From an uncultured Thermoleophilia bacterium (GTDB lineage Bacteria > Actinomycetota > Thermoleophilia > Gaiellales > Gaiellaceae): a stretch of DNA of 64,000 bases. Below are positions 44,114 through 52,768 of the stretch, piece by piece (within the stretch, counting starts at the first letter, position 1; each line of letters begins with the position of its first letter). The stretch covers positions 22,386-86,385 of the forward strand of contig CAVYMB010000003.1 of assembly GCA_963769545.1 (NCBI GenBank), read 5' to 3'. Below the pieces are notes generated by a model. It was given only the letters and a program-made list of their open reading frames with translations. It ran no database searches and was not told the DNA's origin. The position numbers and the translations under genes are program-made.

Positions 44114-44803
44114 ATGCGTCGCGGCGGCGATCGCGGGACCCTTGGCTGGGATGACGCAATGACCGCACAAGCGCTACTCAGTCGGGGCGGCATGGCATTC
44201 GGTTCGATCGGCGCCGCGGCGATCCTCTCCCGGCTGCTGCTGCGTCACCCGATCCTGAACTGGGGTGCCACCGACGCCGAAGCGAGCGCGCGCTTACCGG
44301 GCGACGAGCTGCTCGAGCACGCGGACGGGGTCGCGACCCGCGCGATCACCATCGACGCGCCGGCCTCCGCGGTCTGGCCCTGGATCGCCCAGATGGGCCC
44401 GTCGCCGCGCGGCGGCGCCTATACCTATGACTGGATCGAGAACCTGCTGGGGCTCGACATGCACAGCACCGATCGGGTGCTGCCCGAATACCAGCATCCC
44501 GTCGTCGGCGACTCCCTCGGCTCCGGCAAGAACCGCATGCGCGTCGAACGCGTCGAACCCAGGCGCGCGCTCGCGATGCGGTCCGCGGATGGCAACTGGG
44601 TTTGGAGCTTCGTGCTCGACGAGCACGACGGGAAGACACGGTTGATCAGCCGCAACCGCTTCCGGCTCCCCTCGCTCACCGCCAAGATCGGGATGGTTCC
44701 GATGGAGCCCGGATCGCTCGTCATGGAACACAAGATGCTGCGTGGTATCAAGCAACGCGCCGAACGCCTCGCAGCCAACGGGACGGAGGAAGCCGATGTC
44801 TGA
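44114..44803 (+). CDS. SRPBCC (START/polyketide cyclase-like) superfamily protein
   Basis: Listed ORF; ATG 44159 is an alternative start. The pattern ITIDAPASAVWPWIAQMG is typical of SRPBCC ligand-binding proteins. Confidence 0.6.
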   Translation: MRRGGDRGTLGWDDAMTAQALLSRGGMAFGSIGAAAILSRLLLRHPILNWGATDAEASARLPGDELLEHADGVATRAITIDAPASAVWPWIAQMGPSPRGGAYTYDWIENLLGLDMHSTDRVLPEYQHPVVGDSLGSGKNRMRVERVEPRRALAMRSADGNWVWSFVLDEHDGKTRLISRNRFRLPSLTAKIGMVPMEPGSLVMEHKMLRGIKQRAERLAANGTEEADV

Positions 44804-45107
44804 GACCAGCAAGCGCTTCACGGCCGACGACGCTCGCATGATCGGCGAGGAGATCGGGGTCGATTGGGCTGCATCGCCGTTCGATGTCGAGCAGCTCCGC
44901 GTCGGAATGAACGTGGAGCTCGAACACGGTCTGCACGACCCACGTACCAACGTCAGCGGCGACGACCCGCACGTCACCGCCAAGATCGCACTCGCACACC
45001 TCAACGAGTTTCCGGACTACTACACACGTCTGGAACGGATGGAAGAAGAGGCGAAGCACGACTGGGCCGAACGCTCCGGGAACAGACCCACCTCGGGAGT
45101 CGGGTGA
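44796..45107 (+). CDS. DUF5661 domain protein
   Basis: Part of listed ORF 44742..45107, with ATG at 44796 overlapping the previous gene end. FDVEQLRVGMNVELEHGLHDPRTNVSGDDPHVTAKIALAHLNEFPDYYTRL fits the family. Confidence 0.65.
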   Translation: MSETSKRFTADDARMIGEEIGVDWAASPFDVEQLRVGMNVELEHGLHDPRTNVSGDDPHVTAKIALAHLNEFPDYYTRLERMEEEAKHDWAERSGNRPTSGVG

Positions 45108-45288
45108 CCCCTCAGCCGTCCTGTTCGACGCGATCTTCGGGCCGAACATCACCTCGACCACACCGGGCGGCACGAGTTCGAGCGTCCCCTCGGCGGTCGC
45201 CGTGTCGCTCTTCGCGACCATCGGCACCTGGGCCGTCGCGAGATACGGGCTGGGTCGGCGCGATCACAAGTGATTCCCGAGCACCGGG

Positions 45289-45325
45289 GCTGCGGCGTCG
45301 TCTCGAGTGGCGCCGCAGCTCTTTG
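45289..45325 (+). terminator. Hairpin plus T-rich tail (intrinsic-terminator-like)
   Basis: The arms gctgcggcg (45289-45297) and cgccgcagc (45311-45319) are followed by tctttgct. Confidence 0.5.
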
Positions 45326-45423
45326 CTACGGGCCGGACGTGGGGGCTTGTTCGCGGGTTTTCCGTCGGCACGATCTGCGTGAACCCTCATGACCGGGCCG
45401 CCGCCGCCCGCGATCCTTGAGCC

Positions 45424-45753
45424 ATGACTTCAACATCTAAATCAGTGGTTGTCGTCGTGCCCCTCCGGGAAGGTTCCGAGAGTCGCGCGCGCGAGCTCGC
45501 GGCAGCTGGGCCGCCGTTCGACCCGCAGCAGTTGCCGCTCGAGACGCACGAGCTGTTTCTCACCCCCAGTGAGGCGATCTTCGTCTTCGAGTCGACTCCG
45601 GGCACGCCGCTCGAATCGCTCCTCGACAATCTCGACATCTGGGCGGCCGCTGCGAAGTGGCGGGACGTCGTTGCCGGCCCGCCGCGGCCTGCATCGGCAG
45701 CGTACTCCTGGCGCCGGCCGCCGTCTCTCGACGGAGTCGGACTAGGCCTGTGA
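45424..45753 (+). CDS. Hypothetical protein (109 aa)
   Basis: Listed ORF with an ATG start and plausible composition. No family was recognised. Confidence 0.45.
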   Translation: MTSTSKSVVVVVPLREGSESRARELAAAGPPFDPQQLPLETHELFLTPSEAIFVFESTPGTPLESLLDNLDIWAAAAKWRDVVAGPPRPASAAYSWRRPPSLDGVGLGL

Positions 45754-45785
45754 CAGCACCCAACTCAGTGGATGGAGGTACGGCC

Positions 45786-46232
45786 ATGAAACGCATCTTG
45801 ATCGCCACCGACGGCTCTGACAGCTCGAACGATGCCGTCGATCTCGGGCTGGAGCTCGCGGCCGAGCACGAGTCGACCGTCTACGTGGTTCATGTCGAGC
45901 CGGCCGTCGACATCGCACCGTGGAGTGCGTTCGGGATGGCCGCAGGTGTGCCGCACCTGACGACCGAGCAGGATCGAGCACCGCTCGACGACGCGGTCGT
46001 CCGCGCCGAGGAACGCGGCGTTCCGGTGATCGACGAGCTCCTCACCGGCGTGGCCATCGACGAGATCGTGGCCTTTGCCGACTCCCACGACATCGACCTC
46101 ATCGTCATGGGATCGCGTGGGCACGGGGCGGTCGCGAGCGCGATGCTGGGAAGCGTGTCCCTCGGGGTGCTACGTGAAACGCGACGACCCGTGCTGATCG
46201 TACGGTCCGCCGCCGTTCCGGTGCCGGCCTGA
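45786..46232 (+). CDS. Universal stress protein (UspA family)
   Basis: Part of listed ORF 45657..46232, with ATG at 45786 after TGGAGG. Motifs MKRILIATDGSDSS and LIVMGSRGHGAVASAMLGSVSLGVL are present. Confidence 0.85.
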   Translation: MKRILIATDGSDSSNDAVDLGLELAAEHESTVYVVHVEPAVDIAPWSAFGMAAGVPHLTTEQDRAPLDDAVVRAEERGVPVIDELLTGVAIDEIVAFADSHDIDLIVMGSRGHGAVASAMLGSVSLGVLRETRRPVLIVRSAAVPVPA

Positions 46233-46234
46233 GG

Positions 46235-46879
46235 TCATTCTTCGAGCAGCTTCTGATCGATCGCATAGCGTACGAGCTCGGCGCGGCTCTGGAGCCTCAG
46301 CTTCTGCATGATGTGCGCGCGGTGCGTCTCGGCGGTACGCACCGAGATGTACAGCTGCTGGGCGATCTCCTGATTCGTGTGGCCGAGCGCGAGCAAACGC
46401 AGCACCTCACGCTCGCGGTCTGACAGCGGGTCCTCCGCCGCGCGCTTCTCCGCGTCCGTCTCACCAGCAAGCAGGCGCGCACCGAGCTCGGGGCTCACGT
46501 AACGCCCACCGCGGGCAACTTCGCGGATCGCGGCGACGACTTCCGTGTCGGCCGCCTCCTTCAGCACGTAACCCGTCGCCCCCGCGGCGAAGGCCTCGCG
46601 GACATAGCGCGGGTCGTCCTGCATCGAGAGCAGGAGCACCTTGGCGTCGGGATGTTCGTGAACGATCGTCGGCAGCACCTCGAGGCCCGTCTGGTCGGGC
46701 ATCACCACATCCATCACCAGGACGTCCGGCTTGAGCGCGCGCGCCTGGAAGATCGCCTCCCGGCCCGTTCCGGCCTCCCCGACCGGCTCGATGTCCGGCT
46801 CCTGGGCGAGCAGCAACCGAATCCCCGTGCGAACGACCGCGTGGTCGTCGACGATCAGCACTCGGATCGGGTCGGCCAT
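46235..46879 (-). CDS. NarL/LuxR-family two-component response regulator (DevR/DosR-like)
   Basis: Listed ORF with the receiver VLIVDDH...DVLVMDVVMPD and the C-terminal HTH LSDREREVLRLLALGHTNQEIAQQLYISVRTAETHR. Confidence 0.9.
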   Translation of the reverse strand: MADPIRVLIVDDHAVVRTGIRLLLAQEPDIEPVGEAGTGREAIFQARALKPDVLVMDVVMPDQTGLEVLPTIVHEHPDAKVLLLSMQDDPRYVREAFAAGATGYVLKEAADTEVVAAIREVARGGRYVSPELGARLLAGETDAEKRAAEDPLSDREREVLRLLALGHTNQEIAQQLYISVRTAETHRAHIMQKLRLQSRAELVRYAIDQKLLEE

Positions 46880-47014
46880 TCGCGGGACGTTAGCGCGAGC
46901 CCCCTACGGTGAGATCAGTGGAAACCCGCAGCGGTGGTGCGGTGGTCAGCCGAGGTGAGCCGCGCCGGGCCCGAATACGGTGCAGAAATGCACAGCCGCA
47001 CCAAGAGTTCGAGC

Positions 47015-47332
47015 ATGGGCGCGCGGAAGTACGCCGTTCTGTGGGCCGTCGGCGACGGCGATCTCCAATCCGGGCGACTCGAGGTGCTCCCCGACCGGGT
47101 CGAGCTGTCGAGCAGGGACGCACCGCTCGCGGTGGCGTACGACGACGTACGCGAGGCGTCCATCGGACGCGGTTCGGGGGACCGTCTGCGAGGGCTTCCC
47201 GCGCTGGCGCTGGATCGCGGCAGCGGAGCCAGGTTGTTGATCTCCAGCCTCGAGGGCACCGGTGCCCTTTACGAGATCGCCGGGCTGTTCGACGGCACGG
47301 CAGTGGTCGCGCCCATCGTCAGCGGCACGTAG
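47015..47332 (+). CDS. Hypothetical protein (105 aa) on the opposite strand between kinase and regulator genes
   Basis: Part of listed ORF 46934..47332, with ATG at 47015 or 46988. GC3 is high. Its 3' end overlaps the kinase 3' end by 64 nt. Confidence 0.45.
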   Translation: MGARKYAVLWAVGDGDLQSGRLEVLPDRVELSSRDAPLAVAYDDVREASIGRGSGDRLRGLPALALDRGSGARLLISSLEGTGALYEIAGLFDGTAVVAPIVSGT

Positions 47333-48963
47333 GCGACGATCGTCGTCCCGGCGCCGGGCGACGACTCGATCTCGAGCGTGCCGCCGACGAGTGCGACCCG
47401 TTCGCGCATGCCGGTGAACCCGAGGGCATCGCGTCGGACGTCGCCGGTCTCGAATCCTCGACCGTCGTCCTCGACGACGACACGGACGCCTCCGTCACGT
47501 TGCGTCAGCACGATGCTCACGCGCTCCGCGCCTGCGTGCTTCACCACATTCGTCAGCGCCTCCTGGATGAAGCGGTAGAAGACGGTCTCGGTTTCCGGCG
47601 GCAGCCGTCCGCCGGGGAGGTTCACCTCGAGCGTCGTGCGGATGCCCGTGCGTTCCTCGAACGTCTCGGACAACCGTTCGACTGCGGCGGCCAGGCCGAA
47701 GTCGTCGAGTGCGGAAGGGCGCAGCTCGACCGCCAGGCGGCGCACGTCCTGGAGCGCCTGCACGATCAGCCCGCGAAGGTCGGCTTCCGCGCGTTCGGCG
47801 TCGACCTCGTTCGGGGCGTTGCGGATCGACTTCAGTCCGAGGAGCATCGACGTCAAAGCCTGTCCAGTCTCGTCGTGGAGCTCGCGCGCGAGTCGCCCTC
47901 GTTCCAGCTCCTGGGCCTCGACCACGCGACGCACCGTGTCCCGTGCGACGCGCTCGGAGAGGTCGACCGCGACGGCCGCACGTGCAGCGAAGATCTCGGT
48001 GAGCCTCAGATCGCCGTCGGTGAACCGTGGGTCGCGCCCGAGCTTGTCGTGCGCCGTGATGATCCCGATCGGGCGGCCGCGTGCGATCAGCGGGACGTAG
48101 ATGCCCGTGCGGACGCCGAGTCGCCGTGCGTCGTCCTGATCGATCTCGGGGTCGTCGACGATCGAATCGACGCGAGCGGTCTGCTGCCGCTGCAGGACCT
48201 TGCCACTCTTGCTGCGCTCGAGCGGGCTTCGCTGGCCGAGCAGGCCGGCGACGACGTCGCCCTCACCGCTCACGGCCGCCACGCGCAACTCGTCTCCGTC
48301 CGGAAGGCCGATCAGCACGAGCCGCGCGTCGAGCAGGTCACGAAGGCGGGTGCAGATGAGCTCGAGCATGAGCTCGACGTCGGACTCCTCGACGAGCGAT
48401 CTGACGACCTCGTGGAGCGACTCGAGTTGGCGTGACCAGCCGGTCGCAGCCTCGTAGAGGCGGGCGTTCTCGATCGCTACCGCTGCCTGCGCCGCCAGCA
48501 ACACGACGAGGTCCTCGTCCTCGGCTGTGAACTCCTCGCCGTGCTCCTTCTCGGTCAGATAGAGGTTTCCGAACGCCACACCACGCAGGAGAATCGGGAC
48601 GCCCAGGAACGAGCGCATCGTCGGGTGATGGGGCGGGAAGCCGACTGCGCGTGGATCCTCGGACAGGTCACGGAGCCGGAGCGGGCGGGCGTCACGAATG
48701 AGGGCGCCCAGGATGCCTCGGCCACGCGGCAGCTCACCGATCGCCGCGTGGGTCTCGTCGTCGATGCCGTGTGTGACAAAGCGCTCGAGCTCGGTGCCGC
48801 GGGCGTCGATCACGCCGAGCGCCGCATACCTCGCCCCGGTCAGCGTCGCTGCGGCTTCGGTCACGTGCTGGAGCACAGCGTCGAGCGAAAGCTCCGAAGT
48901 GAGTGCGATGCCCGCGTCGATCAGCGAGCGCAGGCGCCCCTGCCCCGAGCTGGTTGCGTCCAC
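47269..48963 (-). CDS. Tandem-GAF sensor histidine kinase (DevS/DosT-like, HisKA_3 type)
   Basis: Listed ORF with two GAF-like regions. The H-box is RLARELHDETGQALTSM. The ATPase motifs are QEALTNVVKH, DDGRGF and GMRERV. Confidence 0.9.
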   Translation of the reverse strand: MDATSSGQGRLRSLIDAGIALTSELSLDAVLQHVTEAAATLTGARYAALGVIDARGTELERFVTHGIDDETHAAIGELPRGRGILGALIRDARPLRLRDLSEDPRAVGFPPHHPTMRSFLGVPILLRGVAFGNLYLTEKEHGEEFTAEDEDLVVLLAAQAAVAIENARLYEAATGWSRQLESLHEVVRSLVEESDVELMLELICTRLRDLLDARLVLIGLPDGDELRVAAVSGEGDVVAGLLGQRSPLERSKSGKVLQRQQTARVDSIVDDPEIDQDDARRLGVRTGIYVPLIARGRPIGIITAHDKLGRDPRFTDGDLRLTEIFAARAAVAVDLSERVARDTVRRVVEAQELERGRLARELHDETGQALTSMLLGLKSIRNAPNEVDAERAEADLRGLIVQALQDVRRLAVELRPSALDDFGLAAAVERLSETFEERTGIRTTLEVNLPGGRLPPETETVFYRFIQEALTNVVKHAGAERVSIVLTQRDGGVRVVVEDDGRGFETGDVRRDALGFTGMRERVALVGGTLEIESSPGAGTTIVAYVPLTMGATTAVPSNSPAIS

Positions 48964-49082
48964 GGGTCGAGCCTAGATCAACGGCGAGTCATGTGGATAA
49001 CCCGCAACCGGCTCCGCGTCGGCTCCGATGGTCGTCCGTCTGCCGACGTCGAGACTGGGGCGTCCCACAAGGAGGTACGACG

Positions 49083-49562
49083 ATGTTCAAGACCGTCATC
49101 TGGGCGACCGACGGGTCGGAAACGGCCGATCAGGCGCTCGCCTATGCAAAGAAGCTCGTCGCCTCCCGCGGGGGTACCCTGGTCGCGGTTCATGCCGAAG
49201 AGCACTTCTACGGCGGCAAGAGCGGCGGCTACCCGGTGCTCGCGGACGAGGAGGATCTGAAGGCGAAGATCCGCTCGCAGGTCGAAGAGCTCCGTGCCGA
49301 GGGCTTCGACACGAGCCTCGAGATCGTCCTCGGGCATCCCGGGCAGTCGGCGCACGCGATCACCGAATTCGCCCGAGATCACCACGCCGACGTGGTCGTC
49401 GTCGGGACGCGCGGTCTCGGGCCGGTTCACGGCCTCCTGGTCGGCAGCGTCACGCACAGGCTCCTGCACACGGCCCCGTGCCCGGTGCTGGGCGTTCCTG
49501 CGGTGCACGTCGCCAAGAACGGTGGGCGCCGGCGGCAGGTCGCCGGGATGGCCGGCTCATGA
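49083..49562 (+). CDS. Universal stress protein (UspA family)
   Basis: Part of listed ORF 48903..49562, with ATG at 49083 after AAGGAGG. Motifs MFKTVIWATDGSETAD and VVVGTRGLGPVHGLLVGSVTHRLL are present. Its stop overlaps the next start (ATGA). Confidence 0.85.
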   Translation: MFKTVIWATDGSETADQALAYAKKLVASRGGTLVAVHAEEHFYGGKSGGYPVLADEEDLKAKIRSQVEELRAEGFDTSLEIVLGHPGQSAHAITEFARDHHADVVVVGTRGLGPVHGLLVGSVTHRLLHTAPCPVLGVPAVHVAKNGGRRRQVAGMAGS

Positions 49563-52210
49563 TCGACGCACCTGCGGACGAAGTCGTCGACGTCGTGCTT
49601 CGGGACGGCGGAACCCTTCGTCTGCGTCCCCCCGGCCCTGCTGATCGTGGCGCCCTCGTCGAGTTCTTCGCGCGCCTCTCCGACCGTAGCCGCTACCTGC
49701 GGTTCCACGGCATCCGCCGCGTCGACGGAGATCTGGTCGGCCGGTTCCTCGAGGACGGGAACGACGTCGGCTCGCTCGTCGGGACGCTGGAAGGGCAGAT
49801 CGTCGCGCTTGCCAGCTTCGCCCGTCTCGACGGGAGCGAGACGGCCGAGATGGCCTTCGCGGTGTCGGACGACGAGCAAGGGCGCGGTATCGGGACCCGG
49901 CTGCTCGAGCAGCTCGCTATCCGCGCGCGGGGGATGGGGATCGAGCGGTTCATCGCCGATGTGATGGCCGACAACCGCCGGGCCATCGGCGTGTTCGCCG
50001 ACGCGGGGTTCGCGCTGTCCCAGCAACTCGAGGGAGGTGAGCTCGAGCTGCGGTTCCCGATCGGCCCGACGGAGGCGCTGCGCACCCGTGTCGACGAGCG
50101 AGATCACCAGGCCGTCGTCGCCTCGCTGAGGCCGTTCTTCAAGCCGGCAACCGTCGCCGTGATCGGTGCGTCGCAACGCCGCGGTTCGATCGGCGGAGAG
50201 CTGTTCCGCAACATGCTCGCTGCGGGGTTCTCGGGAGCCGTCTATCCCGTCAATCGCGGCGCGGTGTCCGTCGCGGGAGTCCGCAGCTACGGCTTGATCG
50301 AGGAGATCCCCGACCGGATCGAGCTCGCGGTTATCTGCGTTCCGGCCCTTCAGGTACTCGACGCGGCATCGTCGGCGCTTGCTGTCGGCATTCGCGCGCT
50401 CTGCGTCATTTCATCCGGCTTCGCAGAAGTCGGCTCCGAGGGCCTGAAGCGTCAGGAAGCGCTGCTCGCGCTCGTCCGGTCGTACGGCGCCCGGCTGGTC
50501 GGCCCCAACTGCCTGGGCATCTCCTCTGCCGAAGTCGGCCTGAACGCAACCTTTGCGCCCAACGCGCTCCCGAAGGGGGCGATCGGCTTCTCGTCGCAGA
50601 GCGGGGCCCTCGGGCTCGCGCTGCTCGAGCAGGCGACGGAGCGCCAGCTTGGCTTTTCGTCCTTCGTCTCGATCGGCAACAAGGCGGACGTCTCGTCGAA
50701 CGACCTGCTGGAGTGGTGGGAGGACGACGACGAGACGGACGTGGTCCTGCTCTACCTCGAGTCGTTCGGCAACCCGCGCAAGTTCGGACGGATCGCCAGG
50801 CGTGTGGCCCGTCGCAAGCCGATCATCGCGCTCAAGGCGGGATCGACCGCTGCGGGCGCGCATGCCGCGAGCTCCCACACGGCTGCGCTCGCCGGCTCGG
50901 ACGCTGCCGCGGATGCGTTGTTCAGGCAAGCGGGCGTGATCCGAGCGCGAACGCTCGAGGAGCTCGTCGACGCGACAGCGTTGCTTTCGAGCCAGCCGCT
51001 GCCGCGCGGCCGGCGCGTCGCCGTGATGACGAACGCGGGAGGGCTCGGGATCCTGTGCGCCGACGCCTGCGCAGCGGCCGGGCTTGCACTTCCCGATCTC
51101 GCCGACGAGACGCGAGAGGCACTCTCGGCGGTCCTGCCCGCAGACGCGAGCACCGCGAATCCCGTCGACCTGCTCGGATCGGCCACCGAGGTCACCTACG
51201 CGGCCGCGCTGCCGCTGCTCCTTGCCGACCCCGGGATCGACGCGCTGATCGTCTTGTTCGTCCCTCCGGTGGTCGCCGGCGCCGAAGAGGTTGCGTCTGC
51301 GATCCGGAATGCCGTCGAGACTGCGAGACCGGGCAAGCCTGTCCTCGCGTGCGTGATCAGCCACGCCGGCACACCCGCCGCGTTCCGGGACGGGTGCACG
51401 GCGGTCGCCACCTTCGCCTATCCCGAGTCCGCGGCACACGCACTTGGGCTCGCCGCCGACCGCGCCGAGTGGCTCCGCCGGCCGACCGGGCCACAGACCG
51501 AGCCCGCCGAGGTCGACCGGCTGACCGCGAGGAGGATCGTCGACGATGCGCTGGCTGCCGGGACCGACGGCTGGCTCGAACCGGAGAGCGCGCGGGGGCT
51601 GCTCGAGGCGTACGGCGTTCCGGTCGTCGCCGAGCGAAAGGCGAACACGCGCGAAGCGGCTGTTGCTGCTGCCGCGGAGCTCGGTTATCCGGTCGTCGTC
51701 AAGACGGCCGAGCCCGGCGCTCACAAGACCGAGAGTGGCGGAGTTGCGCTCGATCTCGCCGGCGAGGAGGCCGTGCGCGAGGCGGTCGAGGCGATCGGGC
51801 TTCCGGTGGTCGTCCAGCGGTTCGTCCGGACCGGCACCGAGTTGCTCGCAGGAGTCGTCCAGGATCCCGTCTTCGGCCCGCTGGTCGCGTTCGGCCCCGG
51901 GGGCGTGCTGGCGGAGCTGATCGGCGAGGCCGGAATCCGGCTCGCTCCGCTGACGAGGCTCGAGGCGGAGGAGCTCGTGCTCGAGGGAAAGGCGGGCCGG
52001 CTCGTCCGTGGCTTCCGCGGAGCCCCCGCGGCGAGCGTCGAGGCGCTGGCGGACCTCGTGCTCCGTCTTTCACAGCTCGCCGACGATCTGCCCGAGATCG
52101 CCGAGCTCGATCTGAACCCGGTGCTCGGGCAACCTGACGGCTGCATCGCGGTCGACGTGCGCGTGCGCGTCGAGGGCATCGCAGCCTCGCCTCAGGTCAA
52201 GGGCTGGTGA
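49559..52210 (+). CDS. Protein lysine acetyltransferase of the actinobacterial PatA type (N-terminal GNAT fused to NDP-forming acyl-CoA synthetase-like domains)
   Basis: Part of listed ORF 49028..52210, with ATG at 49559. The GNAT motif is DEQGRGIGTRLLEQL. The CoA-binding motif is VAVIGASQRRGSIGG. A succinyl-CoA-synthetase-like flavodoxin part and a C-terminal ATP-grasp part follow (GYPVVVKTAEPGAHKTESGGV). Confidence 0.85.
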   Translation: MIDAPADEVVDVVLRDGGTLRLRPPGPADRGALVEFFARLSDRSRYLRFHGIRRVDGDLVGRFLEDGNDVGSLVGTLEGQIVALASFARLDGSETAEMAFAVSDDEQGRGIGTRLLEQLAIRARGMGIERFIADVMADNRRAIGVFADAGFALSQQLEGGELELRFPIGPTEALRTRVDERDHQAVVASLRPFFKPATVAVIGASQRRGSIGGELFRNMLAAGFSGAVYPVNRGAVSVAGVRSYGLIEEIPDRIELAVICVPALQVLDAASSALAVGIRALCVISSGFAEVGSEGLKRQEALLALVRSYGARLVGPNCLGISSAEVGLNATFAPNALPKGAIGFSSQSGALGLALLEQATERQLGFSSFVSIGNKADVSSNDLLEWWEDDDETDVVLLYLESFGNPRKFGRIARRVARRKPIIALKAGSTAAGAHAASSHTAALAGSDAAADALFRQAGVIRARTLEELVDATALLSSQPLPRGRRVAVMTNAGGLGILCADACAAAGLALPDLADETREALSAVLPADASTANPVDLLGSATEVTYAAALPLLLADPGIDALIVLFVPPVVAGAEEVASAIRNAVETARPGKPVLACVISHAGTPAAFRDGCTAVATFAYPESAAHALGLAADRAEWLRRPTGPQTEPAEVDRLTARRIVDDALAAGTDGWLEPESARGLLEAYGVPVVAERKANTREAAVAAAAELGYPVVVKTAEPGAHKTESGGVALDLAGEEAVREAVEAIGLPVVVQRFVRTGTELLAGVVQDPVFGPLVAFGPGGVLAELIGEAGIRLAPLTRLEAEELVLEGKAGRLVRGFRGAPAASVEALADLVLRLSQLADDLPEIAELDLNPVLGQPDGCIAVDVRVRVEGIAASPQVKGW

Positions 52211-52223
52211 GCCGCCCCGACGG

Positions 52224-52628
52224 GTGGCAGTAGACTCGGTCGCGGCGTGGTCGGAGAGGAGCGAGGGCGAGATGGACGCACCTGAGGCGTCGAGGCCGGC
52301 GTCGCTCGTCGCGGCCCACCCGTTCGACATCGAGGCGGTCAAGCGCAAGCTGGCCGAGGGGAAGGGCGGATATGAAGTGGTGCACGCTTCTCCCGGCCTC
52401 GAGGTGGGCGTGTACGTCCTGGTCGCTCCCGAGCCCGACCGGCAGCAGCCCCACGCGGACGACGAGATCTACGTCGTGCTGGAGGGGATGGGAACGCTCG
52501 AGGTCGAAGGGAAGCCAGTCGAGCTGCGCGAGGGGCATGCCGTGTTCGTGCCTGCGGGGGCCGATCACCGCTTCCTTGGCTACGAACGCCTCAGCGTGCT
52601 CGTCATCTTCGAGCGCCGCTCCAAGTGA
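52224..52628 (+). CDS. Cupin domain protein
   Basis: Listed ORF; ATG 52272 is an alternative start. It has the cupin motifs HADDEIYVVLEGMG and GHAVFVPAGADHRF. Confidence 0.7.
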   Translation: MAVDSVAAWSERSEGEMDAPEASRPASLVAAHPFDIEAVKRKLAEGKGGYEVVHASPGLEVGVYVLVAPEPDRQQPHADDEIYVVLEGMGTLEVEGKPVELREGHAVFVPAGADHRFLGYERLSVLVIFERRSK

Positions 52629-52768
52629 GCTCCGACGAGCTAGCGCTGGTCGACGCCTACTGACACGCACGGGTCCACCTTCGGGAAGTCCACAGGCGTC
52701 GTCCGGGCATTCGCCGATGCCCCGCGCGGTGGACCGGTCGAGAGTGATCTCGACCAAGGAGGTGGATC

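Noticed and set aside
44748-45390. Minus-strand ORFs 44748..45227 and 45112..45390 in the gap after the DUF5661 gene
   Set aside because: The first runs antisense through the whole DUF5661 gene, and the second is Arg-rich nonsense. The codon-position signal is better explained by the plus frame described in the findings, or by its shared-third-position antisense.
49056-49067. Imperfect palindrome tggggcgtccca upstream of the USP-Pat operon as a DevR (Dos-box) site
   Set aside because: Only 5 of 6 positions pair. The half-site spacing does not match the mycobacterial GGGAC-N4-GTCCC layout as I recall it. It abuts the RBS rather than a promoter, and no similar element was found before the other USP genes.
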